Source: Octopus sinensis
Taxonomy: Eukaryota
Assembly: GCF_006345805.1 (NCBI RefSeq)
Contig: NC_043001.1
Coordinates: forward strand, 130,882,001-130,946,000
Length of the DNA stretch: 64,000 nucleotides
Direction of reading: 5' to 3'
Position 1 is the first letter of the stretch. Every line of letters begins with the position of its first letter. Shown one piece after another: positions 11,647 to 24,949 of the stretch. The translations under genes were made by a program, and so were the position numbers. The notes below the pieces were generated by a model that had not been told where the DNA came from, made no database searches, and was given only the letters and a program-made list of their open reading frames with translations.

Positions 11647-12245
11647 AAGTTACTATCTTGTGTATTTTCATCATCTCTGTTACTAATTCCAAACAGCAAT
11701 TCATTTCAGCACCAAAACCATCAATGCAACTACTACCACCACCACCACCACCACCACTACAACCACCACCACCACAACCACCACCACCAATATAATACCA
11801 GTCATGAACCACCAGACTCCAACCACAAACCAGCCATCATCAAGTTGTTGTACAACTAGTAACATGTATGGCCTCTGACAGGCTCAACTATTATGGCGTT
11901 GCCTGATAACATGTCTCCCACCCCACCAAAGCACCAGCACCACCACTGACTCCACCGCAACCACCACCACCACAACACCACCACCACCACCACCACTACA
12001 ACCACCACCACCACAACCACCACCACCAATATAATACCAGTCATGAACCACCAGACTCCAACCACAAACCAGCCATCATCAAGTTGTTGTACAACTAGTA
12101 ACATGTATGGCCTCTGACAGGCTCAACTATTATGGCGTTGCCTGATAACATGTCTCCCACCCCACCAAAGCACCAGCACCACCACTGACTCCACCGCAAC
12201 CACCACCACCACCACCACCACCACCACCACCACTACCACCATTAC
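11500..12245. repeat. ACC/ACT trinucleotide mosaic containing a 239-bp tandem duplication
   Basis: aatataataccagtcatgaacc... at 11789 and 12028 with an identical unique core. Confidence 0.85.
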
Positions 12246-12535
12246 CAGCATCATTCACAAAACCAATAGATCAAGCACATTTGATGCTTCCAAACTATAG
12301 TCATTGCTTCATCACAATCTTTTGTATTTTTCTACTTAAACGTGTAAAGTTTGATGTTCTTTGAATAGTTGCAATTGATATGAATTAAGTCTTTTCAGTC
12401 CCCATGCGAGCTGTTTATGAATGCATTTGTGTGTACAAGTGTGTGACTTTGAGTATATATATATATATGAAAAGAATAATATATACATATATATATATAG
12501 ACATTTATATATTTCTCCCCTTTTTATGTATACAT

Positions 12536-12575
<40 letters not shown>

Positions 12576-12813
12576 TATATATATATATACATACATATAT
12601 ATATGATGGATGAATGGATAGATATACACATGTTTATTTCACCTATGTATACATAAACACATACATACATGTATGTATACATGTGGATGAGCATGTATAT
12701 ATATATATATATACATGATGGATGGATGGATGGATGGTTAGATGTACGCATGTTTATTTCACCTATGTATACTTAAACACACACATACATGTATGTATAT
12801 ATATATATATATA

Positions 12814-13440
12814 CAAGAGTTAGACTAAATAATGGAAACACCTTAAAATTTCAAACAAATTTATTTCAATATGGAGCAGGACTGCCTTTGGCAGTAATTA
12901 CAGCTTGAATTCTATGAGGTATGGACTTGTACAAAGTTTCAATTGTTTCCAAAGGAATTTTTGTCCATTCTTGTAGTGATGATAGTGGAGGATATTGACT
13001 CCTTACTTGTCTTCCTAAAATGCACGATAAATGCTCAATAATATTGAGATCTGGGGACTGTAGTAGCCAGTAAAGATTTTCAGCTTCACTAGAATGTTCC
13101 TTGTGCCATTCAGTAATGACTTTAGCTGAATGAATTGGTGCATTATCATCCTGAAAGATTGCATTTCCCTCAGAAAACAGTTCCACAACCACAGGATGAA
13201 TTTGACCAGATGAAATGCTTAAATAGTCTTGACTATTAATTCTGCCATGAAGGGAAACTATTGGGCCACCCCCCAGATCATCACAGATTCTCCTCAATGT
13301 TTAACAGTTGGAAGAAGGCAGTCTGGGTCAAATGCTTCTTTTGGCTGTCTCCACATGTATACTCAGCCAGTGATTGGAAATAAGGTAAAGGATGACTCAT
13401 CCAAGAAAATAACATTCTTCCACTGCTCTATTTACCTTCT
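12814..13440 (-). mobile_element. Tc1-superfamily transposon remnant (catalytic domain, DD36E spacing) with one TIR
   Basis: WKNVIFLDES (upstream frame), FQDDNAPIH...WLLQSPDLNIIEH...GSPAPY*; TA|CAAGAGTTAGACTAAATAATGGAAACACC terminus at 12814. Confidence 0.85.
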
Positions 13441-13797
13441 AGTGTAATCACTGCCTTTAATTATATTACACTACATAATAAGTATTCAATTAACTTTAAC
13501 TATTTTTGCAACAAGACTGGAGTCATCATACTTATACCTTTAAATTATTTATATATTTACATGTTATTGCTAGCATCATCGTTATCTTAACATCTACCTT
13601 TCTATTCTTGTATGAGTCAGATGAAATTCTTTGAGACAGATTTTCTATGCCTGTATGTCCTTTCTACCACCAACTCTCACCTCTTTGCATGCAAAGTAAC
13701 ATTTTCCCCCATGGCTAGACACCTTATACATAAAATAGAGGAAATGAATGACATCACTTATATGATGGCAATACTCATATACAGCCACGATCACACA

Positions 13798-13843
<46 letters not shown>

Positions 13844-14299
13844 TATAAATAAACATACAAATAAACAAACAAACAAATCTTGAGAAATTAGGCTTCTCAA
13901 AACCAGAAAGAAGAACACTAATTTGAAGACTACAGATCCAAGCCATCACTGGAACTGCAAAAATCTGTAAAACTTTCCAGAAGTCTATCACTTAAGTACA
14001 TATGCACGTGTCTCAAGGTGCAACTATATGCATGAGAATACAAACATAAAACAAAACATACAAATTTGCACAGGCACTGACTCCAAATACTGCACATATA
14101 CATACATGCAAAAATACTCTGTTGATATTGTTGAAATTCCTATACAGGAGCTTTAGATCTAGGTTAGAAACCAGCTCTTTCTCTGTTTGCAAGAAATCTT
14201 TGAAATAAAACTGAATAATGATATGAATACATATGCTGGGCTTCTTTCAGTTTCCGTTTCCCGAATACTCTCCGAAGGCTTCTCTCAGCTAGGGATTCT

Positions 14300-14499
14300 C
14301 TTTACTCTTTTTAATCTTTTACTTGTTTCAGTCATTTGACTGTGGCCATGGTGGAGCAAATCGACCCCAGAGCTTATTCTTTGAAAGCCTAATACTTATT
14401 CTATCGGTCTCTTTTGCCAAACCACTAAGTTACAGGGATGTAAACACACCAGCATTGGTTGACAAGCAATGCTGGGGGGACAAACAGATACACAAACAT

Positions 14500-14566
<67 letters not shown>

Positions 14567-14733
14567 TATACGACGGGCTTCTTCCGGTTTCCGACTCCGT
14601 ATCCACTCACAAGGCTTTGTTTGACCTGAGACTCTACTAGAAGATACTTGCCAAAGGTGCTACGCAGTGGGACTGAACCCGGGACCATGTGGTTGGTAAG
14701 CAAGCTACTTACCACACAGCCATTCCTGCACCT
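14300..14733 (-). mobile_element. SINE family A
   Basis: Reverse complement of family A. Confidence 0.8.
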
Positions 14734-15928
14734 AGACTATAGAAGATATTTGACCAAGGTGCCATACAGTGGGACTGAATGCAAAACCACATAGTTAGGA
14801 GCAACTTTACAATTCTAATGGGTGATCACATAGATAGATGATTGAAGCGTATTACTGGTACTTGCATTATTGATTTCAAAAGGACAAACACTGAAATCAT
14901 CACTAGCAATACTTCAATAGGTAAATGTGAGACAAAGAGCTATGACCCATAAACCCTAATAAATCTTTACTCACAACAGGCTAGTCAATATGAACATCTT
15001 GACAGATGTGACATTTCAGAGACGAAAATCCTTTGAGGCGATAGATGGACTTGATTAATGGATTGCAAGAAACTATAAATCCATGCAGATGAGATTTATA
15101 CGGAGTGATTTCTGACTGCTATTGTTGTTATTGATACACAGCTATGTTTATAGAAGATGTAAAGAGAAACTCCTTCGCTGAAACCTCTACACATGCTTAC
15201 AAATACCTGTTACACGAGTCAACAAGGAAGCATGTACATGGTTGCTTGATTTGCAAAAAATAGAAGCTAAATCTCCTTTAAATCACACCCAACTGTCTTA
15301 AAATAGGACATGTTAACTAATGAAGTCCTAGATTGTGTTTGGAAAAATGAAAAAGACAAGATGGTCATTGTAGGAATACCTTTGGTCATATGTTTACTTT
15401 GTTAGAGCAGACTTGAAGCTAAATAACAACAACTAGCTGAGGTAATGAAGGATCCTAGAACTGCTATTAATAACAGTTAAGTCTTTTTCAAATCACACTG
15501 TTTTTTCAAATGAAAGGAATGCATGTGTCTATATCACCATCATCATCATTTAAAGTTCACTTTTCCTTGGTTGCATGGATGAGGCAGGATTTGTTGAGGT
15601 AGATTTTCTATGGCTAGATGCTCTTCCTGTCACCAACCTTTACCTCTTTCCAAGCAAGGTCTTACTTCCTATGGCCAGACATGTATTTCCACAGAAGGCT
15701 AGACACAAGCAACTTGTAGGACAGTGGTGCTCATTTACAACCACCACATGATACTAGGGCAAAAGTGCACGTACACACACAGCTTCTGCCTACCAAATAC
15801 ACACATAAGTTTTGGTCAGCAGAAAACAGTAGCCCTAGGTACTGCACAGTGGGACTGAACCTGAGGCCAAAGGATTGGGAAAGAAGCTTCTTAACCACAC
15901 AGCCACATGTGCATGTGTTTGCAGGTAA

Positions 15929-15965
<37 letters not shown>

Positions 15966-15999
15966 GAGGCATGTGGCTTAGTGGTTAGGGTGTCAGCAC

Positions 16000-16030
<31 letters not shown>

Positions 16031-16128
16031 ATAAAATAAACAATAATAATTAAAAACCAATAATAACAAAGCAAAAACAGGATGTACACATGGAATGTAT
16101 TAGTTTGACGTTTGGTAAAAGTAGAGAG

Positions 16129-16165
16129 CTTTTGACATTTCAAGCCATAACTCTTCATCAGAAAG
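16129..16165 (-). ncRNA. Minimal type I hammerhead motif, canonical core with CpG-type decay
   Basis: Minus strand CUUU-CUGAUGA-A-GAGU(UAUG)GCUU-GAAA-UG-UC-AAAAG. Confidence 0.55.
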
Positions 16166-16620
16166 GAAAACAGAAAAGTCATGAGAAGGGAAAATAGCAC
16201 TACATGTGTGGTTACATGGCTGTGTGTGTGTGTGTGTGTGTATGTGTGTGTGTGTGTGTGTAAAAAGCACCCAGTATACTTTGTGAAATTGTCGATAGCT
16301 GTAAATACCATGTCAAAGCAACTCTCTGTCTCATCTGTTCATATCAAACCAACCAAGTCATGCCAGCATGGGAAAAGGGACATTAAATGACATTACTGCT
16401 GCAGCTGATAATGATGATATCTACACACACACCCATCAGCACATATATAATGCCATTTGTACAGGAGCAGGCAAGTATATGTAGGTTGGTGTATATTTCT
16501 ATCTGCACATATGTGCCTTTGTGTGTGGTGTGTGTGTGTCTATGTGTGTGTGCACACGTATGTTTGTGTGCATGTGTGTGTAAAAATAGGGAAAACATTT
16601 TTCTTTCAAATGTGTAATAT

Positions 16621-16860
16621 AGGAGCAGGAGTGGCTGTGTGGTAAGTAGCTTGCTTACCAACCACATGGTTCTGGGTTCAGTCCCACTGCGTGGCACCTT
16701 GGGCAAGTGTCGTCTACTATAGTCTTGGGCCAACCAAAGCCTAAGCATAACTTAGCCCTTCAGCAAAAGAGACCGATAGAATAAGTACTAGGCTTACAAA
16801 GAATAAGTCCTGGGTCGATTTCCTTGACTAAAGGTGGTGCTCCAGCATGGCCGCAGTCAT
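16621..16860 (+). mobile_element. SINE family A, internally deleted
   Basis: Head joined directly to the 3' part. Confidence 0.75.
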
Positions 16861-16953
16861 GTTTCTTTATTGCCCTTTTTATGTTTGGAACAACTTCATT
16901 TAAGAAAGGCTTCAAGAATCACAACGTCCCATCTGCAGAATAAATAAATAGTA

Positions 16954-17340
16954 CTTGCTTACCAACCACATGGTTCCGGGTTCAGTCCCACTGCATGGCA
17001 CCTTGGGCAAGTGTCTTCTGCTATAGCCTCGGGCCGACCAAAGCCTTGTGAGTGGATTTGGTAGACGGAAACTGAAAGAAGCCCGTCGTATATATGTATA
17101 TATATATATGTGTGTGCGTGTGTGTTTGTGTGTCTGTGTTTGTTCCCCTAGCATTGCTTGACAACCAATGCGGGTGTGTTTATGTCTCCGTCACTTAGCG
17201 GTTCGGCAAAAGAGACCGATAGAATAAGTACTGGGCTTACAAAGAATAAGTCCCGGGGTCGAGTGGCTCGACTAAAGGCGGTGCTCCAGCATGGCCACAG
17301 TCAAATGACTGAAACAAGTAAAAGAAAAAAAGAAAGTAAA
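16954..17340 (+). mobile_element. SINE family A, 5' truncated
   Basis: Family A body and tail. Confidence 0.85.
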
Positions 17341-18361
17341 AAGATGTATTATCTGTGCTCTTTGCATTAGGTTGTAAAGGATCATGAGAATACTTTTACA
17401 AGTGATAAAAATCATCAGCGCCTGATTCAAAATTATGCAGCATGTCCTCATACAGTTCATGATTTATTTCATGTGATAAATCTGAATGTGTAATTAGCTT
17501 TGTATTTTGCTACTTGTGAAGCTTCCATTGTTATTCTGTCCAATTTAATTTCATGTATTGTTTTTTTTATGATGAGTGTTGCAATAAATGTCTTGTTGTA
17601 AATACATGAAGAAGTGACAAGAAAATGATGCAGCTATAATGTCCAATGTAACTTGTTTGATTAATGAAGTCTACAACTTTCATATTCGTGTTGAAATTTG
17701 TTTATTATGACAAATCAGAGATCCATCTGCTTGGAATTTTCCATTTAGACATCTGTTAAAATAAGGAATTCTGAATTTCTCTTCTATAAAAGACAAACGA
17801 ACAAATATGAAATGCCGAAGAATTTGCAACACAAAACTAAACTGGATGTACTGACACTCACTATCAAATACAATTACTACTATATTGATTAACAACATTG
17901 GTTTAAACTATGTATCTGAAGAACTGATGTGAGCTGAAAGAGCTTGCACAAAAATATATATACACATATGTATATTAATATAGATCTATGACTCGATATA
18001 TGAACTAAAATTTGTATTATCAAAGAAATTAAAATATAATAAATTTAACTAATTAGAACTACCAGTGAAGACATTCTTTTACTTTTTTCAAATATACCTA
18101 CCTGTACCAAGGATCTCACACATTTTCCTATATATACATATACATATATATATATATATATATATTTACATATATATATACAAAATATGAGGGTTTAGTT
18201 CATAGGTGATACAAAAGATAGATTAGGTACACTTAGTAAGTGCTGTAACGGATTACTAAGGCTCCAAGGTTATAGCTGAGAGGGTAGTTTTAAAGCCAGT
18301 GCAGATTTCTGATATAGCGGATATATAATTGTTGAAGAGGACTGTCCTCTTTAACAATTAA

Positions 18362-18415
<54 letters not shown>

Positions 18416-18424
18416 GTGTGTGTG

Positions 18425-18733
18425 AGGAGGCGCAATGGCCTAGTGGTTAGGGCAGCGGACACGCGGTCGTAGGATCGCGGTTTCGATTCCTAGACCAGGC
18501 GTTGTGAGTGTTTATTGAGCAAAAACACCTAAAGGCTCCAGGAGGCTCCGGCAGGGGGTGGTGATCCTTGCTGTACTCTTTCACCACAACTTTCTCTCGC
18601 TCTTTCTTCTGTTGGCCTGCTCGCTTAGCCAGTGGGGTGGCGTCATTTGAAGGCTAAAACAATGCGAACGCATTGTGACCAGCAATGTGTAACTACATCT
18701 GATAGCCTGGTCGGTCACGGTGATCACGGTGAT
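18425..18733 (+). mobile_element. SINE family C, full length
   Basis: tRNA-like head ggcgcaatggcctagtggttagggcagcgg...ggtttcgattcc; tail ...ggtcacggtgatcacggtgat. Confidence 0.85.
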
Positions 18734-18749
18734 ATATATATATATATAT

Positions 18750-18935
18750 AGGGAGAGTTTACGAAAAAAACAAAAGACGAAGGCAGGTGGAGTACAAAAC
18801 AAACAGATGTATTAGTATAACGCTCAAGAATAGAAAAAGTCTTTTACATTTTGAGCCTATGCTCTTCTACAGAAAGGGACACAGAAAACAAGGAGAGAAA
18901 AAAAATGTGTGTCGTGGCTAACGATCTATCATGGC
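18750..18935 (-). mobile_element. PLE-terminus-like repeat with degenerate hammerhead motif
   Basis: Minus strand CUUU-CUGUAGA-A-GAGC(AUAG)GCUC-AAAA-UG-UA-AAAG at ~18840-18876; related to 16040-16200 and 35235-35295. Confidence 0.5.
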
Positions 18936-18966
18936 GTCGTACCTGTGCCTATATATATATATATAT

Positions 18967-19375
18967 AGGCACAGGTATGGCTGTGTGATAAGAATTTTGC
19001 TTCCCAGCCACATAGTTTTGGGCTCAGTCCCACTGTGTGGCACCTTGGGCAAGTGTCTTTGCTATAACTTTGGGCCGACCAAAGTCTTGTAAGTGGTTTT
19101 GGTACACGGAAACTAAAAGAAGCCCATCATATATATGTATATATATATCTATATGTGTGTGTCTGTGTATCTGTAGGTGTCCCTCTACCACTGCTTGACA
19201 ACCAGTGTTGGCGTGTTTATGTTCATGTAACCTAGCAGTTCAGCAAAAGAGACCAATAGAATAAGTACTAGGCTTAAAAAGTAAGTCCTGGGATTGATGT
19301 TTCGACTAAAAACCCTTTGAGTGGTGCTCCAGCATAGCCGCAATCAAATGACTGAGACAAATGAAAATAATAAAA
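18967..19375 (+). mobile_element. SINE family A, diverged
   Basis: Family A head, body and tail. Confidence 0.75.
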
Positions 19376-19390
19376 GAAAAATATGAATAT

Positions 19391-19790
19391 ATCATCATCA
19401 TCATCATCATCATCATCGTTTAACGTCCGTTTTCCGCGCTAGCACGGGTTGGACGGTTCGACCGGGGTCTGGGAAGCCAGGGGCTGCTCCAGGCTCCAGT
19501 CTGATCTGGCAGAGTTTCTACGGCTGGATGCCCCTCCTAACGCCAACCACTCTGCGAGTGTAGTGGGTGCTTTTTACATGCCACCTGCACAGGTGCCAGG
19601 GGGGTTCCGGCATCAGTCACGATCGGTTGGAGCTTTTAACGTGCCAGTGGCACGGAAGCCAGCCAAGGCGGCGCTGGCAACGTTCAGATTGTCTTTTTAT
19701 GTGCCACCGGCACAGGAGCCAGTCGGGGCGGCGCTGGCATCGGCCACGTTCGGATGGTGCTTTTTATGTGCCACCGGCACAGAAGCCATC
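19391..19790 (-). mobile_element. RTE-type LINE 3' UTR fragment with several subrepeats
   Basis: (cat)n then the reverse complement of the UTR, with repeated tttttatgtgccacc. Confidence 0.8.
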
Positions 19791-20403
19791 ATCATCATTT
19801 AATGTCCATTTTCAATGCTGGCATGAGGTGGATGGTTTGACAGTATCAGGTGAACAAAAGGGCCATTTTGAGCTCTGATGTTATCTTTGGCATAATTTCT
19901 ATAGCTGGATGCCCTTCCTAGTGCCAAACATTTCACAGAGTGTACTAGATGCATTTTTTTTTTATGTCACCAGCACTAGCAAGGTTGCCAAGTAACATAC
20001 AGGGCAAGAAAATAAAGGAATCATGGCTATGTAGTTAGAAGTTTGCTTCCCGACCACACGGTTCTGGGTCTAGTCCTGGTGTGTGGCACATTCGATAAAT
20101 GTTTTCAACTAGAGGACTGGGCCAACCAAAGTCTTGTGAGTGGATCTGGAAGATGGAAACTGAAAGAAGCTTATCATACATGTGTGTGGGGGTATATTTG
20201 TGCTTGTGTTATTGCTCACCGCTGCTTGACAACTGCTGTTGGTTTGATTACATCCCTATAACTTAGCAATTCAGTAAAAAGAAACCAATGTAAAATGAGT
20301 ACCACACTTAAAAAGAAAGGGAGCCACTGGGGTAAATTTCTCAAACGAAATTCTTCAACGTGGTGCTCCAGCATGATCACAATGTAACAACTGAAACAGG
20401 TGA

Positions 20404-20445
<42 letters not shown>

Positions 20446-20490
20446 ATATATGTATGTATATATGTACATGCACATACACACATATACGTA

Positions 20491-20535
<45 letters not shown>

Positions 20536-21133
20536 GTGTGTAAATACACACAAGCACACATATACACAAATATATATTTAAGTGTATGTCTACTTAGTTA
20601 TATATTATATATGTATGTACACACACATACACGTGCATATATATATGTATGTATGTATGTACGTATGTATGTATGTATGTATGTATGTATGTATTGTGTA
20701 TGTGTGTGTTTGTATGTTATATATATATGTATATAGATATATATGTACATAAATTCACACAAACACATAAACACGCACACACACACACATATATATATGC
20801 ACACTCACAGACATGTATATGTTTATTAAGTGATGCTTCATTTTTCTCCGAGATTTAGTACGTGTCTGTGCATGTTTTTCATTTCCATTTCACAAAACTA
20901 AAAAGTCACAATACAATTTACACTTGAAATAATAATATTTTGTTGTTTTTCACAATTATTGTTGCAGTTGTAGTTGTTACAGTTTAATAAATTTGGACAA
21001 CCCTAGATTCAAAATTTCTATGAAATTTATTTCAGCGTTATTTTACTTTATCTGTTTAATGTTGTTCTTTAGCATGCTTATTTTGTTTCACATTGAATTG
21101 GCTTCTGATTTGTTGTTGTTGATATTGTTATCC

Positions 21134-21189
<56 letters not shown>

Positions 21190-21660
21190 CATTATTATTA
21201 TATCTTTTGTATTATAATTTAAATACAGAAAAATATGTGTGCTTGTAGTAAATTAATTGTTGCATTTTGCAGAAGTCTGGAGCTCTTAGAACAAAGAGAT
21301 ATCAAAGGTCATGATTTGTCTTATTCACTATTATACAAACGTGTGCGTGTGTGTGTGTGCATGTGTGTGTGTGCATGTGTGTGTGTGTGTGTGCATGTGT
21401 GTGTGTGCATGTGTGTTTGTGTAAGTAGCCATCAACTTCTTATTTTTACGATATATGTTTCTATTAAGCACATCAAATGTTTATATACAAATGAAAATGT
21501 CTACACTATAACTTGCTATACATTATTTGCAAACACACATATGTATACGCGTGTATATATGTGAGTGGGTGAGTCTTTGTATCTATAAATGTGTGTGTGT
21601 GTGACTGTGTGTGTGAGTATGTATGTATGCAAGGGAGTATGTATGTTGGTATGTATATAT

Positions 21661-22161
21661 TTAGGCCACAAGCTGGCAGAATCGTTAGCACGGCGAGCGA
21701 AATGCTTAGTGGTATTTCGTCCGCCGCTGCGTTCTGAGTTCAAATTCCGCCGAGGTCGATTTGGCCTTTCATCCTTTCGGGGGTCGATAAATTAAGTACC
21801 AGTTACGCACTGGGGTCGATGGAGTCGACTTAATCCGTTGGTCTGTCCTTGTTTGTCCCCTCTGTGTTTAGCCCCTTGTGGGTAGTAAAGAAATAGGTAT
21901 GTATATATTTAGGCCACGAGCTGGCAGAATCGTTAGCACGCCGAGCGAAATGCTTAGTGGTATTTCGTCCGCTGCTGCGTTCTGAGTTCAAATTCCGCCG
22001 AGGTCGATTTGGCCTTTCATCCTTTCGGGGGTCGATAAATTAAGTACCAGTTACGCACTGGGGTCGATGGAGTCGACTTAATCCGTTGGTCTGTCCTTGT
22101 TTGTCCCCTCTGTGTTTAGCCCCTTGTGGGTAGTAAAGAAATAGGTATGTATATATTTAGA
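21661..22161 (+). mobile_element. Two tandem SINE B copies (248-bp duplication)
   Basis: Units start at 21661 and 21909 and share private variants (gtcgatttggcc, gatggagtcgac). Confidence 0.85.
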
Positions 22162-22733
22162 GATTTATGATGTGTTTCAGGGATTAACAAATTCATTTTA
22201 TATCCATGAACTTCAGAGTTCAATCTCACAGTGTGGCATCTTAGGCAAATTCTTTTGTTACACCCTTGGGAGAACCTTCTGCATGAATTTGAGCAGACAG
22301 AAACTGTATATAAGTTCATTGGATGGATTCTACATGTGATTCAAAGATCCTATCATGTTACAGTATATCTCACTGATTCTGCATGAGAATCACATTAAGT
22401 TTATACATGCCTGTGGAATATTCAACCACTTTACTTGCTTATTCTATGAGTAAAGCTTATTCATCCAGTTGATCATACAAATAGACATACACTAAAGTCA
22501 TTGCTGGAGTCCTACCTCATCATAGTTATCATGCTCATTTTTCTTTGCTTTACCACCACTGAACATGATGGCATAGGTTGGACAGGTCATCACAGACAGG
22601 TCATCATGGACAGTCAAAATATATTCAAGTAGCTACTCTTTGAATAAATGTCCAACGATATTGTTAGTGTATATATATATATGTATACATCATCCTACCT
22701 ATGCTAGCATGGACAATGGACATTAAGTGATGA

Positions 22734-22771
<38 letters not shown>

Positions 22772-22782
22772 TATATATTATG

Positions 22783-23699
22783 CAGGATGTGGTGAATAAA
22801 CTGTCATCTGAATTTCACAAAAGTGGGAAAAAAACACTGATATCTCATTTTAAAAGATATATTTACCAAAATTACATAAAAATATCTTGAAATAGTAAGG
22901 AGTAAATTTATTTAGTAATATCGCCATTGGCTTCAGCCACAGCCTCCAGAAGATTTTGGACCACATCAATTTTGGAATCTCCTGCAACTCTTCTGGACGC
23001 TCTCCTTATTTAAGTTGGTGAATGTTGCCATAATCCTTGCCTTGAGTTCATCTTTGCTGTTACATGGAGTTTTGTTGGTCTCTTGCTCTACTACGCCCCA
23101 TACATAATAATCAAGGAGGTTGCAGTCTGGAGAGTTAGGTGGCCAGATGTTAGGGGTGATGTGGTCTCAGAAATTGTCTGACAGCCATGGCTGGGTCCTC
23201 CTGCTTGTGTGGTATGGTGCAGAGTCCTGTTGCCAGACATAGGGTCTTCCAGTAGCCACCTCTTGACCCAGGGCAACACTACCTCCTCCAGGTACTTGAT
23301 GTAGGTCTCCATATCAAGTCTAAGGCAGTATGGGATGATGAATGGAGGCATAACTTTACCATCACTAGTGATCACTCCAAACACCTTGATGCTGACTGAA
23401 TGTTTGATTTTTATCAGTCCCTGTACATGCCCTCAGATTGCACTGTCTTCCAATTGACACCCAAACACTCTGAAATGTTCATATTGTAGCTTCCAGTGTG
23501 AATGCCAAGCAGTACAGCATGTCGTTTCCAAACTTCTGGCAAAGTGGATTGCATTATGATACTGTTTTTGTCACAGATGGTGCCCAACTGACCCTACTTT
23601 ACTGTGTAATCAACAACATCAAAAACAAGCAATGTACATGTGTGAAATGAGAAATATAAAATGTCGACAATTTACCCATCAGTTTACCCATTGCACCCT
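22783..23699 (-). mobile_element. maT-like (DD37D) mariner remnant, internally deleted, with degenerate TIRs
   Basis: VFGVITSDGKVMPPF...; YVWQQDSAPYH...WPPNSPDCNLLDYYVW has 37 residues between D2 and D3, with a stop and a frameshift. Related caggatgtggtgaataaactgtc and tagggtgcaatgggtaaa..ttgtc ends. Confidence 0.8.
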
Positions 23700-24471
23700 A
23701 TATGTGTTGTTGGAACATACATCTCAATCATATAATTGACTAACTGCCCATCATTTTCTAAAACACAATATTATTTACACAGCACACATTCAGAAACCCA
23801 GCTGAAACAAAGATGATTTCATTACCAAAATACTTAAAAGCAAAACATTCCATACTTCCTAAAGTAGAGCAACATATAAGGAAATTAAAGGCAAAGCATG
23901 TAATCTCTGCACAGCTGAAGTATACAAGATCCTATTTACTAAGGACCCATTTCTTAACTGCTATTCGGAAAGAGTTACATTCCCTGTGTGTATTATATCC
24001 ACCTACCATTTATCTGGATAGATAGAGTGGAGGTATTCATTCAGTAAACATGATCCCACAAGCCACATACATAAAACACAAACACTGAGCTTGAATGCCT
24101 TTTCAAGCATACAATAGTTTACTTACTTAAGGCATACAAGGCAATGGATGGTGGACAGTAAATTCCTATGTTTCCTTATTTGGCCAAAACTACACATTTA
24201 CACAGAGTTTCAGGACTCCAGGAATTTTCTGATTACTCCCATCTTACCACTTTAAGGTTCTGAGACACTGGTTTATGATCACCTTATGTATTTGGGTAGT
24301 TTCCATCTATCGAATTGTTTTTGCCTTAGTTTTCAAGTATTCACCGATTGGTATACTAACATTAATCATTAGCTGAATTTTATAGTGGAATTCTAATCAT
24401 AGAATTTTTATCTTCTGATCCAGTGACAAAGAAAATTCTGCAAAAGGAGCTCATATCTACACCAAGCAATG

Positions 24472-24862
24472 ATGGAATGGAAGCACTCCGTCGGTTACGA
24501 CGACGAGGGTTCCGGTTGATCCGAATCAACGGAACAGCCTGCTCGTGAAATTAAAGTGTAAGTGGCTGAGCACTCCACAGACACGTGCACCCTTAACATA
24601 ATTCTCGGGGATATTCAGCATGACACAGAGAGTGACAAGGCCAGCCCCTTGAAATACAGGTACAACAGAAACAGGAAGTAAGAGTGAGAGAAAGTTGTGG
24701 TGAAAGAGTAGAGCAGGGATCACCACCAGCCTCTGCCGGAGCCTCGTGAAGCTTTTTAGGTGTTTTCGCTCAATAAACACTCACAACGCCCGGTCTGGGA
24801 ATCGAAACCGTGATCCTATGACTGCGAGTCCGCTGCCCTAACCACTGGGCCATTGCGCCTCC
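24472..24862 (-). mobile_element. SINE with family C head and an alternative tail
   Basis: Family C head and body to gttgtacc, then a different 3' part; caccaagcaatga repeated on both sides (putative TSD). Confidence 0.8.
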
Positions 24863-24949
24863 ACCAAGCAATGAATATGTAATAGGAAATAATAGAGTGA
24901 ATGATCGTGGGTATTCACTGACAGAACAGAGTTAGTTCAACAACCCTTG

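Noticed and set aside
18425-18500. tRNA genes at SINE C and G heads
   Set aside because: A and B boxes are present but the acceptor and anticodon stems do not pair properly, and the sequence continues into the SINE body
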